From positions 1 through 64,000 of the forward strand of contig ADNK01000489.1 in assembly GCA_000320545.1 (NCBI GenBank): 64,000 bases of DNA, given 5' to 3'. Positions 60,955 to 64,000 of the stretch are shown piece after piece. The position numbers were made by a program, and so were the translations under genes. Every line of letters begins with the position of its first letter. Positions within the stretch are counted from its first letter, which is position 1. The DNA is from Bigelowiella natans CCMP2755 (Eukaryota; Protista; Cercozoa). The notes under the pieces were generated by a model. It worked only from the letters and a program-made list of their open reading frames with translations, made no database searches and was not told where the DNA came from.

Positions 60955-61692
60955 ATGACTACGCTGTTCAAAAAGATCCAAAAAGCGGACATGAACAAAG
61001 GCAAAACCAAGGTGGTGATTGGTAAAGGTGGAGCTTGCTCCTCCCTGGCAAAGCCAAAGCCAAAGAAGCAACCTAAAGTCCCCAAATGCGGAGCCTTCAA
61101 AGAGAGGAAAAGTAAGAGTCCTTCTCTTTTCAAAACGTTTTATGATCGTGGCGATCTACCTCTTCAAGTTGCTTTCAAAGGTCCAACTAGAAGAGTCCAG
61201 TGGAATGTGAAACTCGATAAACTCGACTACGAGCATTTCCTTCCCATTTTCTTCGATGGCATCCGTGAAGTTAAAGAACCATACATTTTCTTGGCGCGTG
61301 AGGGTGTTAGAGATCTTTTGAAAGAGGGCAGCTCCAAGATACTCCCTGTCATTCCTCGACTGATTATCCCTATCAAGACTGCTCTTAACACCAGGAGTAT
61401 TCCAATTGTATGCGAAATGATCAAAGTTTTGATGAAGTTGGTCACCTCTCATGAACTTATAGGTGAGGCTCTTGTTCCTTACTATCGACAAATCCTCCCT
61501 GTTTTCAATCTGCTAAGACACAAGAATAAGAACACTGGAGACGGCATTGACTATGGACAAAAGAACAATCTTAACGTTGGAGATTTGATCGAAGAGTGCC
61601 TCGAGTTGTTCGAACTTAATGGAGGAGAAGATGCCTTCATTAACATCAAGTATATGATTCCAACCTATCAATCTAACGTCCAACGAAACTAG
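60955..61692 (+). CDS. PACRG: Parkin co-regulated protein (axonemal inner junction)
   Basis: FYDRGDLP, FLPIFFDGIRE, ILPVIPRLIIPIKTALNT, GEALVPYYRQILPVFN, GDGIDYGQ, GGEDAFINIKYMIPTY. Confidence 0.96.
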   Translation: MTTLFKKIQKADMNKGKTKVVIGKGGACSSLAKPKPKKQPKVPKCGAFKERKSKSPSLFKTFYDRGDLPLQVAFKGPTRRVQWNVKLDKLDYEHFLPIFFDGIREVKEPYIFLAREGVRDLLKEGSSKILPVIPRLIIPIKTALNTRSIPIVCEMIKVLMKLVTSHELIGEALVPYYRQILPVFNLLRHKNKNTGDGIDYGQKNNLNVGDLIEECLELFELNGGEDAFINIKYMIPTYQSNVQRN

Positions 61693-61869
61693 GCGGATTC
61701 TAAGAAAATTCGTTTGACACCATCTCCACAAAGTTTTTGTGGCCTGGAAAGAAGATTGACAGAGGTTGTGGTGCGTGCATCGAGATGTATTCTCTTCATA
61801 GATCTTGCTCGCGTTGATGCATCGTATTGCCTTGGCCTATTCAGTGTGCACTGCGACAAAGTATCTGAC

Positions 61870-62060
61870 GTAGCTTTGTATGCATTGCAGCGGCCACAGC
61901 GCTTAAGTTGCATTGGGCTTGTTTATTTGTTTTGGACATATGCACAACTAGACAAGCTAGTGCACACATATCTAGATATGGACACAGTATCGTATCATAT
62001 GCATATACATTGTATACGAGACGGATGTAATGAATTGATTCAATCTTTTCAATGGTCATC

Positions 62061-62105
<45 letters not shown>

Positions 62106-62210
62106 CGGATGTAATGAAATGTTTAAATTTTTTCAATGGTCATCCTAATGTAGCTGTGCAATGCAGCGGCTACAGCGCTTAAATTGCATCTGTTTGTTCA
62201 TGTACATATG
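61870..62210 (-). repeat. Head-to-tail array of truncated LINE 3' ends with an (AT)n tract
   Basis: GAGACGGATGTAATGAA...TTCAATGGTCATCCT at 62018 and 62102; TGCAGCGGCCACAGCGCTTAA at 61886; (AT)n 62063-62101. Confidence 0.85.
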
Positions 62211-64000
62211 TGAGACGGATGTAATGAAATGTTCAAATTGTTTCAATGGTCATCCTAATGTAGCTGTGCAATGCAGCGGCTACAGCGCTTAAATTGTATC
62301 CACTTGTTTCCTTGGTCACATGGCGCATGCATGAAAATGCATCCTGTTTTGGTCCAGCATGGCGCGCTTTGCGCGCAGCTTCTCGACTTGTTTTCTCTGC
62401 GGTTGTGAGACGCGTGGTCTCGTCATTGCGATCCATGATCGCTGTCAGTTGTTTGTTGATTCTGAGTCGCTGTGGTCCGTATTTCCTGCATTGCAGAATG
62501 TGGTCCATGTCTTGCAATGTGTTGCACACATCGCATGTTGCTTCCAGTTTTGTGCGTTGTCCTCTGGACAGCATGAATGCACCAAGATTGCCAACACCAC
62601 AGATGGCGCGCATCCATGATGTGGCAATGCTTGGCAGCTTCAATGCAATTCCTGTTGTCCGAGAGCCAGGCATGAAATCAAGTTTTTTCAAATGCATGGC
62701 CTTGGTTCCCTCTTTCTTCCAATCAGTTTTGAAGTTCAATTCGGCGTTCCGCATGATTGTTTTGTTGTGTGCTTTCAGTTTCCTTTTCAATGTCTCCTCA
62801 GTGGCACGTGTTGTGGGGTGTTCCGCTCCAAGCAATTTGGTCGTGATCAAACTGAGTCGGCGGTGCAAGGATGCTCTGTTCCACGACCTAGTTGCATTGT
62901 GCCATTTGTGTTCCAGCAAGGATTCGATGTGGCATCCGAAAGAGCTCCAATTGAGCACTTCTTCCTCCACCACGTGTCCGTTGCCAGCAGCATCCTCCAC
63001 CCACACATTGGTTCGCAACCACGTCTTGGTGCATTGAACCTGTGTGCGACAACGTGGTGGCAATGTTGCCGCTGACACGTGGGGTGTGTCGTTGGATGTG
63101 GATCCTGGCAATCCCAGAACTCTTTTGAGTGTTTGGGATTCCATGGAATCTGGCTGCTTTGTTTTGAGGTTTTTCTTGGACCTCCATGTGGGCGCAACAT
63201 GTCTGCTCGTGGCTGTGAACCATGTGTTGTGAAACTTCAATCTCACATTGAATGGCATGTGAGATCGTGTGGAACACAGCCTGAGCAAAAATCTTCTCTT
63301 TTTCTGCAGCTTCATGTGTGTGGCAAGGGCGTGGTTTTCGAAAGTTGATCTTTCGTCAAACCACAGTCCCAAACATTTGCCACGTTCTTTTCTTTTTGTT
63401 TTTCCTTGCAGGTTGAGTGTTGCATTCCACGAGGCTTGTTTTTTTTGTGCATCCTTCCTCCTGTCCATGAGCAGGTGTCCACTTTTGTCCCCATTGAATC
63501 TCATTCGCCACTTCATGCACCAGGTTGTCACGTTTGTCAAATCTTTTTGCAGCCTGGTTTGCATTTCCCCCCAGCGGGAAGGCGCAAACAGTTCATGTGG
63601 GGTGACATCGTCGCAATGCATCTGGCAATCAGCAAACTTGATGTGCTCGCATGTGTCGTGGTGGGTGATGAACAAGTGGCAGCTGAGGGAGGATCCTTCA
63701 GGCACGCCGCTTTGCAGTTGCATGTGTTGAGATGGCGTCCTGCCAAACTTGAATCTGGCAGCACGCTCCCTCAACCAATCGTCGATCCACAGAAGCAGGG
63801 ATCCCCTTGCACCGCATTTTTCACTCAGTTTCCGCACCATTCCTGAATGCCAGGCTTCAGGGTGAGCTTTTGATGCGTCAGTGAACAGCACGATGCCGAC
63901 TAGCTTTTTGTCAAACGTGCCGTCTTCGATCCGCTGAGTCATTCTGGCAAGTGCTGTCTCGCATGATCCATTCTTCATGAAGGCACATTGGCATTTGCTC
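62211..64000 (-). mobile_element. Non-LTR retrotransposon (LINE) 3' part: RT and C-terminal Cx2C..H..C motif; hypermutated, continues beyond window
   Basis: DASKAH, WIDDWLRER, SGVPEGSSLSCHLF, HCDD (for YxDD), KCLGLWFD (for KYLG), CDVC...DHILQC; ORF stop at 62233. Confidence 0.92.

Noticed and set aside
62294-63846. Many long overlapping ORFs in other frames of the LINE
   Set aside because: By-product of TpA loss removing TAA/TAG stops; Tyr-poor, His/Cys-rich, no domains
62300-64000. CpG deamination, classical RIP or ADAR editing as cause of the TG/CA excess
   Set aside because: CpG is retained, TpA is lost rather than gained, conserved Tyr codons give polarity, and both strands are hit

Overview
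Eukaryotic nuclear DNA from a flagellated protist (spliceosomal introns, PACRG, tubulin carboxypeptidase; lineage not provable from this window). It holds about 11 host genes: an unknown intron-rich gene, a FAAL-ACP-Pls-type membrane synthetase, a divergent ABCG half-transporter with one in-frame stop, a large Clu-ankyrin-pseudokinesin gene, a secreted 2OG-Fe(II) dioxygenase-like gene, SF3B1, a GalT/ADP-glucose-phosphorylase-like gene, a CCP1/Nna1-like carboxypeptidase, an ABHD17-like hydrolase, an AhpC/TSA-like protein and PACRG. Mobile DNA comprises two near-identical, inverted, intact Ty3/gypsy LTR retrotransposons with 4-bp TSDs and a LINE with dispersed 3'-end copies. The strongest signal is an apparent repeat-directed hypermutation process, the reverse of fungal RIP. 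TpA is erased to TpG or CpA (A-to-G on both DNA strands) in the LINE and in intergenic tracts, while CTAG is spared and accumulates. The young LTR elements are still unmutated, sit inside such tracts, and carry a degenerate N6-adenine-methyltransferase-like domain after a compact DD(27)E integrase. All counts and domain calls are manual readings, not computed searches.
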